Positions 49,701 through 63,886 of a stretch of 64,000 bases of DNA are shown piece by piece. Source of the stretch: Chrysomallon squamiferum (taxonomy: Eukaryota > Animalia > Mollusca); assembly GCA_012295275.1 (NCBI GenBank), contig CM022670.1:29078001-29142000 (forward strand). Direction: 5' to 3'. The position numbers and the translations under genes are program-made. The notes beneath the pieces are model-generated. The model was not told the DNA's origin, ran no database searches, and worked only from the letters and a program-made list of their open reading frames with translations. Within the stretch, counting starts at the first letter, position 1; the number at the start of each line of letters is the position of its first letter.

Positions 49701-52700
49701 TATTATTATTAGAATTGTATCATTATTTATTTCTTTTTCCTTTTTTTCCTTCTTATACTTTAATGTATAATTAATCTCTTTATTATAATTATTGCAGACA
49801 CACACATATTTTTATCAACATTATTAAAGAAATTATAATGTTTATTTTTCTTTATGTTTTTAGACAAGTCTTATCAAGAAACGCTGACCACTCTGCAGTA
49901 TGCTACATTTGCCAGATCAGTTAAGAATCATGTGAAAATGAATGTGGTAGGTTAAATTCAAATAGGACTGATTACATAATTATGAGAAAAAAAATGTTTA
50001 TATTTAATCTGGTGAAGTATCAAAATTCAAATTTATGTTCCTTGTAAAATTACACAATATGATAGGAAAAACAAAACATATTTTTATTACAGTAGATGTA
50101 AATGGCATTTCTGGAAACTAATCTGTTCATTTCTTTTAAATAATGTATTATTTGAAAATAAGTTTCAGACACGTATTAGAAAATATTAAAAATATGTAAA
50201 ATGTTTCAGAAATAATCTAAAATATCACCATTTGTTTCATTCTATTTTAAAGTTTAAATTGCTACTTTTTGTTTTTGAGGATGAGATCAATGACATCATA
50301 TCTGAACTGCGAGTTGAAATCTCAAAGTTACGTGACAAAATTGCTGCTGCTGCTGAACCCAGCAGAGATGATGTTGGCAAGATGGAAGTGAGCAGTTTTC
50401 TTTCCTTTTTTTTCTGTGTAATGAACATAAAATTAAACTTCAACTATGTAGGATTAAGTTAAAAGTTACACATTGCCATACAAAAACACTAGATATTGAT
50501 ATGTGTATATAAATCTATCAATCTAACAACAAATTCTAATTTCATGTAATTTTCTAATCATACAGAGCAACATACTTAAACCAGCACTATATGAAAATAG
50601 ATTTATTCCTTTTTCATTATTAAATAAAAAATGTATAAATAGGTTTTCACAGATATTTGAAAATTTTGAATTTCTTTGTTTTAGAATTTTTCTGTGGTTA
50701 TTTTAGTATTATCTATTGTGTCCAGACATTACTGGCTATTTTTAATATAAATATATAGATAGATGTATATAATTTTGTTTTTCCATTTAAGGCACTTGTC
50801 CAGGATCTTCAGATCACCAAGAAGCAAACATGGCCAGAGAAAGAGAGACTTTCTGCTAGGTATGAAGAAGAAAGGAAGATCAATCTTGCTAATAAGGTAT
50901 AGAACAATGAATTATGAAATCTTGATTTTTTTGGGGAGGGGGGTGATTGGGAAATTTTCAGATTTTCTTGAAGTAAGCTGAAATAACTTCAAGGATCCTA
51001 ATGTAAGTATATTTAAAATAATTAAGTTTTATTAATTTATTTGTCAAAAATAATATATATATTAATATAATAATAATATCATATTTTTTTGTCATTTCGT
51101 TTATTTTATAACAAAAGCAATGTAATATAAAATCATTTGTGTATTTTGTTTTTCCCTATACAATTAACATCTAGTATATGGAAAGAAAAATAATTGTATA
51201 ATTAGTGCATTAATAATATTAACTGTTAATAAATAATCATTTTTAAAATTTAAAAAAAAAACTGCTATTCAGGGAATCCTAGAATGGGTCATTGACAGCA
51301 TGCAGAAAGGAAACCAAGAACTACAAGAGATGATGATGATGCTGCAGAAAGAGAAAGATCAGGTATAAAACTGATAATACACATCGAGTATTCCGTAAAC
51401 ATGTCATATATCTTACTGATGTATACAGTTTCATGACTGCTGATGTCATTCACCTTTTTTTGCTTTTTCTTTTTTTAATTTTCTATGATAACCTGGATTT
51501 TTTTAATATCTTTATATTTCTTTTAGTCTATTCAATAATGTTTGTGTCTGGGTATTCATAACAGGTTTATTTTTCTTTCAGTTTCCTGTTTTCTGTTTTA
51601 ATGTGAGTAAGTGTTGAGTGTTATATATATATTTTACTATATAGAAGTATTATTTAAAAATATATATTAAAGTAAAAAGCTGGTTATATTTATTTAGCTA
51701 ACTCTGCAGTTTAAGGAGAAGAGAAAGATTGTTGATGAAATGAAAGAAGAACTTCAGAAGAGGATTGCAGAATATGCCAAACTCACAGAAAAAGGTTTTT
51801 GTTTTGATCACTGTGTCAATCAGATAAAAAAAAATCTTTTATTTTTCTTTTTAAATGTTTACATATTTGCCTGATACTTTAGTTTAATAACTTTTATTTA
51901 TTTGTTTGTTTGTTTACTTAGAGCACATCTTAAACATTTTACATTTCAAGCATTTTAATAATCATCATAATTTTTTTTTTTTTTTACTTTAACATGAACT
52001 TGATAGCACATTAAAATATTTTAATTTTATTTTATTATTATTATTATTACATTTATTATTATTATTGTTGTTGTTGTTGTTATACTGATTATACTGATTG
52101 TAATTAAATTCTTTTCTTAGGAAAGATGTCAGAATCAGATACTAAATCAAAAGTGAATGCCATCCACGAATTGAAAGAAAAACTGAAACGAGAATCTGAA
52201 TCACTCAAGCAACTCAAACAACAGCTGAAAGAAATCCAGGATAAACAGAAAAATGAAAGGGAGGTCAGTCTGTTTGTCAGCATTTTTGTGAGGGAGAAAT
52301 TTAAAAATCATATAAAGGATTCTTGTTTAATTTTGTTTAACAGAAATAGAATTATTTTAACAGTACTTTTAATTTAATAAAATTGATTTTGATTTTCAGA
52401 ATGCAAAATCTCAGATGACAGCTTTGAAAGGCAATGCAGAGTTGAGACAAAAAGTTGAGGTTTGTATCAAACACTGATTTAATTGGATATAATCGATTTT
52501 GTTAATATGAAAAAATAATTCCAGATTTTTATCATCATATTCTTAACTTTTAAAATATTCTTAGTACATTTATCATGAAACTTTATAAATATTTTTAAAG
52601 AGTCCTTGTCATTTTATTTCAGGAATTTAAAGCATATAATGATGCAATGTTTGTAATTATTTTTATCATCATTATAATCATATCATTATTATTATTTTTA

Positions 52701-55294
52701 ATTTAAATTTGTTTTTAAATTATAATAGAAACACAGTTACCTTTTAATTAACTCATAGTATTTCATTCTAGCCATATATCAACATAGTCATATTTTATTT
52801 TAATACAAATACGTATTATTAGAAAGAAGAACGGCAGAGGATGGAAGCAGAACACAGACTTCTGATCAGTGAGGAGTTGGAGAAAGTTAAACTGGATGTG
52901 GAAAGTGAGAAAGCTGATATTCAGGTACATATTGTTATTTTTAATATTAACACATTAAGTGATATTACACGTTGTATGTTCTATTTATTTATTTATGTAT
53001 TGCCTGTCATGTTTGTGCAGTATATGGTGTAATTAAGTTCTGTCACGTCTACATAATTTTAGATTATAAGAGATATATTATTGACATATATTATTGATAA
53101 ATTATTAGCTGCAATTGTTTCTTCTATACAGTGATAGTATTTAAGACATCAACTATTTTTGTATGTATATTTCATAAATTTTAGTTAAGAGCAGCAGAAG
53201 GAAAGCAGTATACAATACAAGAGGGCACTGCTTTGGAAATGGAATTGGCTGAGCTGAGATCAGATAAATCAGTTGTTACACTTCAAGTTAGTAACATTTT
53301 TTATTTTTTGAGTTTCTTCTTTTTTCGATAATTAAACAAATAATTGAAGGCACTAATTGTATATTTTTCTATAACAAAAAAAAAATTTCAGATATAATGC
53401 AGATCATTTACTGTTATTTCTGTCAGCTGTTGTTTTGCCAGAGATCAAACTTGATGTAAATGTGCGTAAACTTCACCTGTCCTGCCTAATGTTGTTTTTG
53501 TCATAAATTACAGCTGCAGTGTCTGCAGAAAGAGAAAGATTATGTAACTCAGCAGCTGGAGGATGTTTACAAACTGCATCGAGAAGAGATTGAACTGCAG
53601 CAACTACAACACTTCCAGGTAAATGTATTTTTTTCACTTTGCAACCTTTTAAATTATTTATTGAATTCACTCTTACAAAATTTAAACCAGAAAAAAAATA
53701 TATTTAATTAAGTTTAGTTAATTAAATTAAGTGTCTGCAAAGTGGTCAGTGAATCATTTCTGAAGATCAGAATTGATTTACTTATTGGAATTGTGGAGTA
53801 ATAAATATACAAATATGTACAGAGGAGTCAGGAAAGAGTTGAGGATTACATGAAGTCAAAAGAGTTTGGAGATACATGATTCAGTTAAAGTTTTTAGCAT
53901 GTTTTGTAACCCAAACAACTAAAGTGCTTTAGTTTATCTGACTCTAAAGTAGTCTGTGATTTGGTAAAAAAAATTAGCTGTCACATACAGTATCATTTAA
54001 GAAAAGAATTACTAGTCTAGTGACATATTTTTGTATATTAATGATTAATATGTCGAACACACATTTCACTTTTTTTCCATAAAATATAAGAAAAGAAATG
54101 TACTGCTCTCAACCTTTGGTCTTCTTTTAAATTTAATCTTAGTTGATTGATTTTAGGGTCATTGAGTTATTTTGTTGTTTTTTTCAGCGGATATGCAATT
54201 TATTCCATTATCTAATAATTGTTTATCAAAGAATTTTAATTTCTTAATTTGAATTTTATAGAGAGATAGATAGGTTTTAAATCTGTTTGTTAAAAACGTA
54301 GGTACTGTTTTTGTTTAGACATTCCGCAACTATCGAGAGATGTTTGAAGAACAGAAAGCTGCAATTGAACAACGATACCGAACTCTTCTTGACAACTGCA
54401 TCCAGGATGCTGTTTACCTGTCAACCAGGAACAATGAACTAGTTCAAGAAAATGAGACACTGAGTCTGCGTATGTTTTTAATTTTACATTTCATTAATCA
54501 GTTAATAATTATATATATTTCACATAGTCCACATCATGCACATTGCTTATTATTATAATACTTGATTGAATCAGTATAAATATCATCAAATTTATGAAAT
54601 GAATATTTACAAAAATATATATTATAATTACTAAATAGCATGAAAATTATAGATGTTTTTTTTTTTCTTACTGTATGTAACTTATAGAAATATAATTAGA
54701 TTCTAAATGTTCTTATTTTTTTATATTCTTTATTCTTTAGGGGATTTGTTTTTATTATTTTGGTAACTATTTTATTAAGCCTGTGTAAGTTATTCAATGT
54801 TACTGTTTATTAATCAATTAACCATATTTCATACAGTCATACATATTTTTTTATCATTATCTATGGCAGGATCAGTATAATTTTCATCAAATTTTGGATG
54901 TAAGTCATTATGAAAAAAAAAAAAGATATATTAATTGTCATAAATAATAAATGTTAGGAAATGGTGTATTTTTATTTTTATTTATTTATTGTAAATATTA
55001 GAATAACAATAAATATTTCATAATAAATTTAAGATGTTAATAATGTAATTAGCTTCTAACATTTTGTGTTTCACATAACCAGACCGAGAGAGCATTAGCA
55101 TTTATAATTATTTTTGTATCATAACGACCACCATTATGAATTTATTGTACTCATTTTTTAGAGAAAGAGAATTTAAAACTTATTTCTAAGAAAGAAAAAC
55201 AAGAAATACTATAAAATTTTATTTTCATTTTATTGCAGAAATTGCTGAAATGAAAGACACCATCACTAAGCTTGGAGGTCGAATCCCTTCATAA
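43166..55294 (+). CDS. Kinesin-like protein (N-terminal motor plus long coiled-coil tail) with non-canonical nucleotide motifs; >20 small exons, first coding exon is ATG only (43166-43168)
   Basis: [97 protein letters not shown]; coiled-coil exons continue to stop TAA at 55292-55294. Confidence 0.92.
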
Positions 55295-55344
55295 TGATTT
55301 CCATCTCACATTTGCCAGAATAGAAAATAATAATATATATGTGT

Positions 55345-55378
<34 letters not shown>

Positions 55379-55798
55379 CAAACATCTGTTATTAATTTGC
55401 ATTTTCCAGCAGTATCAAATGGAAAAAAATTGTGAATATATGAAAATGCATATCTCATGAAAATCTGTACCAAGAATTCAAAAACTTTAACTGCAGGTCA
55501 GTTGATTTTTATGTTCAAGCATTTGTATTTGTTTACAATTTTAATATTTACTGTGATATAAACTATTCTGGTGTGGGGGTTTTCATTCTATTTAGTAGCA
55601 TTTCAAACTTTATTTTTATATTTTGTTATTTTTTATTTAAAAATGTGATACTATTGTGATAGTTATTTTTTAACTTTTACTGTTTGTGAAGAATCTTTCT
55701 AAATGAAATTAAATTATTAATTCTCCTTCATATTATTATTATTTTTTAGAAATATTTATTTAAAAAAAAGAATACTAATATGTAAGTTTTTTAAATTA

Positions 55799-56497
55799 CA
55801 GTATTCCCGCGTTATTCGCAGGGGTTATGTTCTTTACCCCCCCCGCGAATAGCGAAAAAATGCGAATATTGGATGCAGTTTTAAAACGTCTATTATGAGA
55901 TTATATATGGTACTAAATGCTTCCCAAACACTTTCTAAAGACACTCTTACTCATTAATACAGTAATAATGTAGTAATATTGCATGCAGTTATGTATTTCA
56001 CTAATGTAGTAATGATAATGTAAACACATTTTAATTTTGTACTGAAACAATATTTTAATCAGAAAGAAACGTAAGTACATGAGGACAGTAACACTGCATA
56101 GCATAGTTACCCATACAGTATTACTGTACCATAAAGTCATTTTCTATGCGTACAACATATGTATTAGAATTGACAGAAAGTGGAACAAATTTAAAGGCAA
56201 AACAGACAGATAAATACAGTACGCACAGTTCAGGTAATAATATGCAATTAAAAACATTATTAATACACGGTCACAAAAAATATGCACTGTACATACAGTG
56301 TATGCATTTATAAAAAAAATACGTACTGTATTGCAATAATAATTGAAAAAATTTGATATTGTTTGTGCAGTTTACCGAGCATTTGTTTTTATGACGCTAG
56401 CCTGGTATACCAGCATACGATGCGATAGGGTTAAGAGCCTAACCCGCGAATATGCGGGGCCGCGAATGGGGAACCGCGAACAGGTGAGGGTATACTG
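55799..56497. mobile_element. Tigger/pogo-type non-autonomous element (~700 bp) with TA TSD
   Basis: TA|CAGTATTCCCGCGTTATTCGC ... GCGAACAGGTGAGGGTATACTG|TA; subterminal CCGCGAA repeats; CpG-rich ends. Confidence 0.88.
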
Positions 56498-59400
56498 TAT
56501 TTAAATAAAATACTTTAGACTATTTTGTAAATAATAAGTACCAAATTGGAACTTTATTTCCTGTTAAATATTTTTCACTATTTTAAATGAATTTACATTG
56601 TATTTTACACAAAGGCATGATTTATTTTATAGGATTTTTTTTTGTGATTTGCATTCAGTATGCTTATTATTGTTCAATAATTACACCAAACAAAATTACA
56701 TTTATGCATTATGTAACCGTTTCTCAGTGAATACATTTGAAATCTATTTTATACACATTTTATATTTTTATTACCAATTTGAAGTAATAAAACAAAAATA
56801 TTTTATATTACATTATATGATCATTTAACAGTTTACTGTAGTTATTTTTGTTTTCAACATTATTTAGAAATAATATATTGACAATCTGCATTAAATACAC
56901 CAAGAATAAAAATGTGATTTGTTAACATCTACATTTGCTATTATTTTTATTTTTTTTACTAATTTGTATTATCTAATAATTTATTTAACATTCATTTTGA
57001 ATTATTTGTTTTCCTTTTCATAGAAAATATTTTTCTCAGATTTATTTTATTTTTATAACCATGTTGTTTTGTTGTCTGTGATGTCAGAAAATACTTCTGA
57101 GTTTTGGTGATTTGTATAATTTTTACTTTTGCATTTATTAATTAACTAATACTGAATTGTATTTGTCTTTTAATTGTATTTTTAAAATGTAATTAAACTC
57201 TTTCAGATCAAGAATTGTTTGGCATTTTTCTTTTAGAACTGTTGGTTGCTTTAAATAATCATGTTGGCAGGATTTTTATTATTACTTTTTTTTCTTTTTT
57301 TTGGCAGGTGTTGTTTATTTGTTTTAGTGGTGTTTTCAGTTTCTGTATTTTCTTAGTGATGGTCATTTTAACATTTACAAATACAAAAGCATACTCTTCC
57401 GATACATTATTTTATAAATTATAAGGTTGCTTTTTGTTGTTTTTGTCTTTTTTGGTATAGTTTTATTGCATTATACAAGAACATACAAATGGTAATCTAA
57501 TACATCTCTCTTGTTTTAAGAGATGAAAAGAATAATAACAAACACAAGTACATGATAAACATTCATTGAAATAAAAAAATAATTTGACATATGCCTTCTT
57601 GTATATGAGTGTACATTTATGTTGTTTTTTTAACAACACTGAAGACATTTTTTTTACTACAGTACAAGAAAGCATTTCTGAGCTCACAAAATCAAATCAT
57701 CACAAAAAATTCAAAACTTGGTTAGCTGTCTAAACAATCAATCTCAAATACATTAAAATGTAGCACTGGTGGTACAAACAGTCTAAATATAAATATACTT
57801 TTAACAACGATTATTTTGTTTCTAAATGAAAATGTAAGAAATCAAAAGAGTAAGTTGAAAATGACATTTGTGTTTCATTAGAATGATACATCAAGAAATA
57901 TTACAAATATAAAACAGTACTGTAGTAAAAAGCTAATAAAAGAAATAAAGAGTTGATAATCTTTAATCAGTGATTTTTCTTTTCTAAATTCCTATAAATT
58001 ACAAAACAGCTTCATAATTTAAGGTGAAATGTCAGCATCTATACAAATTAAAGCAGATATTATTTTATATTTTTTAAACAAATATTATTAGCAAATATTA
58101 ATTTCTGATTAATAAAATAACAACTTGGAAATGTATAATATGCAAGTCTATTTGTACATACCAACTCAGACATACTTTAAATTACTAAATCAAACAACTC
58201 TTGAGCTCACAAAATCAAATCAAAGCTACATAAATTAATCAGTCTATTTTCAAAAATATTAAGGGACTAAACATAACACACAACTCAAGAATAAAAGCAT
58301 TTCATTTTCACAAACCAAAAAGACAAATGAAGAAAATATGCAGTTTATGTTCACACTCAAATACACACATGCAAATAATTTTAAATGTCATTACATAATA
58401 GAAAAATCAGTTACTTTGTCAAACTGTTATAAATGGAATACAGAAATTAAGCTACCATATGCACACTGTACATTTTAGTATTATAAACAAAATATGAAAA
58501 TGTTGCTATTTACAACTTGTGGCAAGTGAGACAGGGACACCTGTATTTATCTTAATTGTAATTGAAAAATATTTCAGAAACAGCTGAAATAATTTTTTAT
58601 CTAGATTTTACAATGTAAATAGTGTGAGGAAAACCCCAGTTTGTAGAACATTAGTAGATGTTTGTGGTGTAAAGAAAAAAATCTACTGTTCATATACTGG
58701 TCTTGCTCTGGTGAAATACTGTTGCCATATTTACAATATTTTTTTTTCCTGTCAGAGACGAAATATACTTTTTAATTACCCAGTGCAAAGTAAGATTAGA
58801 TTGCTAGTAGTAATATGTGTTTCTATAACCTATGTTTAAAATGGGAAATTATACATGGACCTACCAAAGATGTCTCTAGAACATCACTTGGGTCACATAG
58901 GTTAGATCAATGTGAATATGGATTATACACTAATTTATTAATCATCGAAATGTTTCCAATCATATCATACCTAACAGATTAAAAATTATCATGTTTGTTG
59001 TATGTGAACAAAAACTTAAGATTGCTTATGTACAAATTTAAATCTATTCATCAGTGTGACATGTCACATAGGTACATTAAAAAAAAAGCAATATTCACTA
59101 CTTTCTACTTATGAAGTGATTGCTATTAATCTGAACCTAATCAGTACAACATAGAAATTACAACCTCTCTTTTAGACCAACATATTTATATTAAAAATAA
59201 AAAACAAACACTAATAAAATTTGAAAAGTTAAATAAAAAAAATCAAACATGTATATATTTAAAATTAAACTAAACATTAAAAAAATTTAAATTAATAATT
59301 ACACTATGTTAAAAAATATAAGATTATAAAAAATAATAGCAAATTCAAAAAAAAAAAATTAATGACACCAAAAAAAAAAAATATATAATAATAATAAAAA

Positions 59401-60376
59401 AAAAAAAAATTTAAAAAGAAAAGATATTTAGAAATATAATGTTAAAAAATAAATAAAAACTTATAATAATAAATGAAAATATATATATTGTTACCCAAAA
59501 ATTGTACAGTTAAAACTAATAATAAAATGAAATTGTAGCAGTATAATCAGACTGGGCTGGGGAAGAGGATGCGATGAAGCCTTATTTGTTTTTTAATAAA
59601 ATGGTAAATGTACATTGCACATGTGTTTATCAAGACATTATCTACAAAAAGTCAAAGTTTATAAAATGGTTAAAAACATATTTCTTGGACAAAGATCCCA
59701 TGAAGGTGATCTCATCGTTAATATTCTAAAATTGTTGAAAACATGCAAAGCTCCACTCATCTTCAATACATGAGATGTTCATTGAAAGACAATGGCAGGG
59801 AAGTTGTATACATTTATGTAGAACCTGAAAAAAAATATATATATATATTAAAATGAATGACTACATAACAAATAAAACACAAGATATTTTTTTACTTAAA
59901 AGATATTAGTTACAAAGAATATCTTTTGGTATAATGAAGACCTGAAAGATGCAATCTTCTCCACGGACTGTTTTTATTAATTAGCACCAAAAAATCAGTT
60001 ATGGTAAACATACTTTTATGAAGAAAAGTTACTTGGTAAGCAAGAAATACATAAAACAGCTCAGGAAAGGAAATTTCATACAGAAAAATTGTAAGTTCAT
60101 GTTTTTAAAGTTTCAGTAAAATGACTATATGAAGTACACATTCATCTGAGACACAGATGTGAACCTGTAGTTACATTTATTCATTTTAAACAGTAAAGTA
60201 TATCTAATATTGCTGAACATGTACAGAAGTTTTGACATGATAATTTTAATATAATGTGATCATATATCATCAAAAATATTTCTCTTAGAACCTTTCAAAA
60301 TCAATCTTGTATGTATACCTAGTGTTGAAAGTTACATACACTATGAAAATGATACGTAGAAAATTGCTGTGGAAGT

Positions 60377-61411
60377 CTAAACAGTAGTTGAGTAGTTGTG
60401 GTCAGTTCGGTCGTTGCGTGCTGCAAACAGGAATGATGACAGCTGTCTGCTGACTGGGCCAGCTGGCTGGTTCTCTTTGGTTGCTGGATTAGTATAATAC
60501 GTATGATCACTGGGCTGTAGTTTTTCACATTTCTCTGTACTGAATGCTGGGACAGTTTTCTCAGATCTGGTTTGTTTTGCACCATGGTATGTGTGATCTG
60601 AAATCAAGACAAATGATTCAGCATTTTCTTTCTTCCTCATCTCTGTTTTGTGCCCACCTTCTTTCTTTTCTTTCATGTGCAGCTGTTTGATTATCAAAGG
60701 CTTGTTGAGTTTATCACTTTTACTTTTAGCTCTTGCATAAGTATGGTCTTTTTCTGGTGGGTCAACATCCATTGCCAATTTTTCTGAAATGGTAGCAGTA
60801 TTGTCTTCAGTGGATAATGAGTTTGTTAAAGGAATGTTCAATATTTCTTGATTGTCTGAGGTAGATAATGTTACATTGCATACTGCCCTTTCTCCGTGTA
60901 AGGTTTCTTGCACGAATTCTTGCCCAACCATGCCTTCACTGGGCCCCGTCGTTCGTCTGAATGTGTCATGAATAAAAACTTTCTCGAAAGAATGACATTT
61001 TCGCGTATTAAAACTTTCGCTACCTTTAACTTCTCTCTCTACGGTTCCTGTGGGCCGGAACAAATTTTCCTCAGAAGAACTTCGCTGTCTTGACGTAAAT
61101 AATACAGAAGAATCTTGCTGATTTGATCTGCTCGAGTTGGGAGGTCGTCCTTTCCATCTTCCAGAAAATGCGTACGGGTGGTCCTTTTCTTTTTGGATAA
61201 GTATTTCTGCATCCAAAAGTTGAGCAACATTTTCTTCACTTTCATAACCCGCATACGTGTGATCAGATTCGCATGTTTCGTGCGCAGTATCTAGAGCTAA
61301 AACCATATCAGCGAATGTCAACAATGCATTTTCATCCGATTCAGCTTCAACTGGGTTGTTTTTACTATCACTGCGCGTTTGCGCATAAAAACAGTTTATA
61401 TTTGATGACAT
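60377..61411 (-). CDS. Uncharacterised 344-aa low-complexity protein with six DHxY (HCF-1-binding-motif-like) repeats; single coding exon
   Basis: 1035-bp open frame in very AT-rich DNA, CpG-rich 5' end, Ser/Glu/Lys/Thr-rich composition; motifs DHTY, DHPY, DHTY, DHTY, DHTY, DHNY. Confidence 0.8.
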   Translation of the reverse strand: MSSNINCFYAQTRSDSKNNPVEAESDENALLTFADMVLALDTAHETCESDHTYAGYESEENVAQLLDAEILIQKEKDHPYAFSGRWKGRPPNSSRSNQQDSSVLFTSRQRSSSEENLFRPTGTVEREVKGSESFNTRKCHSFEKVFIHDTFRRTTGPSEGMVGQEFVQETLHGERAVCNVTLSTSDNQEILNIPLTNSLSTEDNTATISEKLAMDVDPPEKDHTYARAKSKSDKLNKPLIIKQLHMKEKKEGGHKTEMRKKENAESFVLISDHTYHGAKQTRSEKTVPAFSTEKCEKLQPSDHTYYTNPATKENQPAGPVSRQLSSFLFAARNDRTDHNYSTTV

Positions 61412-62289
61412 CGATCTGTTTAAGTCGCCAGTGTCTAAAGCAAGACTTTATTTTCGTTTACGCACAGTAATTATCCTGAACTTGTTAGACTCTGTGATAA
61501 ACATCGACTTCCTCATGTTTTCACTAATTGCAGAAAATAAAAAAAATTATATCGGACACGTAAAGAGAGGTTGGAAGGGGAATAACTCCATTTTTTCATG
61601 TCATTTTAAGTATGTGCTTGTGTTCGCGCGCACGCTACTCTACAAAATATAAAAGGTATTTTATAACGATCAAAAGTTAATGAGTTTATCACCAAACTTA
61701 TCCATTATGGTTAATATTATATTTTACAAGTAATGCAATGTTTTTGTTTTTTGTTGTTTCTTTTTTTTTCGTTTAAATTAGAATATTGTACGGTATACAG
61801 TGACAAATTTCAGCAAATATTTGGAAATGATATATGATTTGGCTATTCTTTTATTCTTTGTGCGCGTGCGCGCGCCCGCACACACTCACACACACACGAT
61901 TCATTAATGAATGAAAAATCATTATTAAAATTGATTATCTTTAAATGTAATTAACTTATATTTTATTTCTATTAGAATCAAACACACACACACACACGAT
62001 TCTAGGATAAAAATACATTCATGTATAATAAAGATACATATGTATACGTATATGCCTGACAGCACTTTCATTTTAAAAATGCTGAGTCATAAACGTTTAT
62101 CGCTTTCTCACGCTTCATAATTTTGTTATTTGATCACGAGTTCTGATAGTGATCGACATCACGTGGTTTTGTTATCTACAAGGACGGTATGTGGAGAGTA
62201 CACTTTACGAAAACAAAAACAAAAAAAAACAAAACGGAAAAATAAATCTTTCGTATAACATTCCTAAATACAGTATTAACCAGCCGGGA

Positions 62290-63886
62290 ATGACATTTGA
62301 TTTAATGGCGGTAATAGATGTTGAAATCAAGCATATTCTTATCAATACTGGTACATTTTTAGTTGGACTAATAGTAATATATTCTGTATCACGACGTATA
62401 GCCAAAAAGATGACAGGGCGACTTAGAGCCTATTTTATGAACAAATTCTGTAATTCAATCAGTGAAAATGTCAAAAATGAAAAAGCTGTTCTATTCGCAT
62501 CAATGACTGAACTAAGAGAAAAAAATGGCACGGATTTACTAATTTGCGAAATTGGTGCCGGAAACGGCACTAATTTTAAATACTACCCACAAGATTCGAA
62601 CCTGGTGTGCGTTGAACCCGATAGGTTCAGCAGACCTTATTTGGAAGAAAATATTCGTTTAAAGAATCCAAGTCTAAAGCTGGTAGAACATGTTCATGGC
62701 TTCGCAGAAAACATGCCCAGCATCAGAGATAACAGCATCGATGCAGCTGTGTGTACCTGCGTGTTGTGTTCAGTGAGGGACCAGAAGCGAGTTTTATCAG
62801 AAGTTTTACGAATACTGAAACCGGTAACGGTAATTTTATTATGTTTGATTAGAATTTAATATACATGTTTATATATTTTTTATTTTATTTTATGTTCGTG
62901 TTGTATTTCCGTAATTCGTTCATTTTTATAATTATAATAATTTAAATAAAGAAGTGGGAACTCATGAAAAACATGTAGCCTGCCTCATTGTTAATCACGA
63001 ATAATCCTGTTCCGTATAATGAATGCCATATTTAGTGTTACCAGCTTTTGATCCCAACAATACGGTTATCAACAGTTATCAACAGTGCGGTGATAGGCTA
63101 CTGGTCTACCATGACGAAAGATGAGAATCTTGTATATAAGATTTTGAAATATTTTTATTAAAAAACAACAAACCCAAAACGCACGATATAAATTGGTTTA
63201 TTCAGATTTTGTTTTTATTATTATTATCAAAGATTTTATTTAAAAAATATATAAATCTCTTTTGTAACTGAAACTATATCCACTGATTTATGTCTACAGT
63301 AGCCATTTGAAGTCTACTGACATAGTTGCAATGAAAGACTTAGGCCTCCTCCAGACCCCTCACCCAAATTGTTTTGCCCCACTCTGCTCAGCGATTAAGT
63401 GTTTTTGCCTCATTTCAAAACGAGATGAGTTATGGCCATGGAAGTAAATCTGAACTGGATGATATAAATTCAGCAATAAAAATAATTACCAGATTAAAGT
63501 CTGCCCTGATTATATTTTTATTTATTATTATTTTATTTTATTTTATTTTATTTTTTTTATTTTATTTATTTTTTTTTTTTTTAACTACAAGAGCCAAATT
63601 TTAAACTGTTTTTACAATTTCTACATTTATTTATTTATATATTTTTCAGGATGGTAAATTTTATTTCATGGAACATGTTGAAGACAAACCTGGAACCTTT
63701 CGTTCAAAGATGCAAAACTGGCTTACACCACCCTGGCGATTTGTGGCCAGCAACTGTCATCTGAACAGCAAGGCACGAATTGAGTTGAATGAAGCTGGGT
63801 TCAAATCTGTCAAAATGACAGAATTCATGTATTCAACAATATTTTGGGTCATCAGGCCATGGATCTATGGAGAAGCCACAAAATAG
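62290..63886 (+). CDS. METTL7A: METTL7/TMT1-like SAM-dependent (thiol) methyltransferase; exons ~62290-62823 and 63650-63886
   Basis: N-terminal hydrophobic anchor, EIGAGNGTNFKYYP, VEPD, DNSIDAAVCTCVLCSV..LSEVLRILKP|DGKFYFMEHV, CHL..AGF. Start codon uncertain (62290 or 62305); A versus B paralogy cannot be resolved. Confidence 0.9.

Noticed and set aside
57680-58222. Direct repeat TGAGCTCACAAAATCAAATCA at ~57680 and ~58202; similar local duplication at ~14383/14471
   Set aside because: Short local duplications without terminal structure or coding capacity.
59525-59824. Possible second coding exon of the DHxY gene
   Set aside because: The main ORF stops at 60377, and the overlapping 88-aa frame ends in TAG at the donor. 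The downstream sequence has stops and no recognisable protein, so I treated it as UTR.
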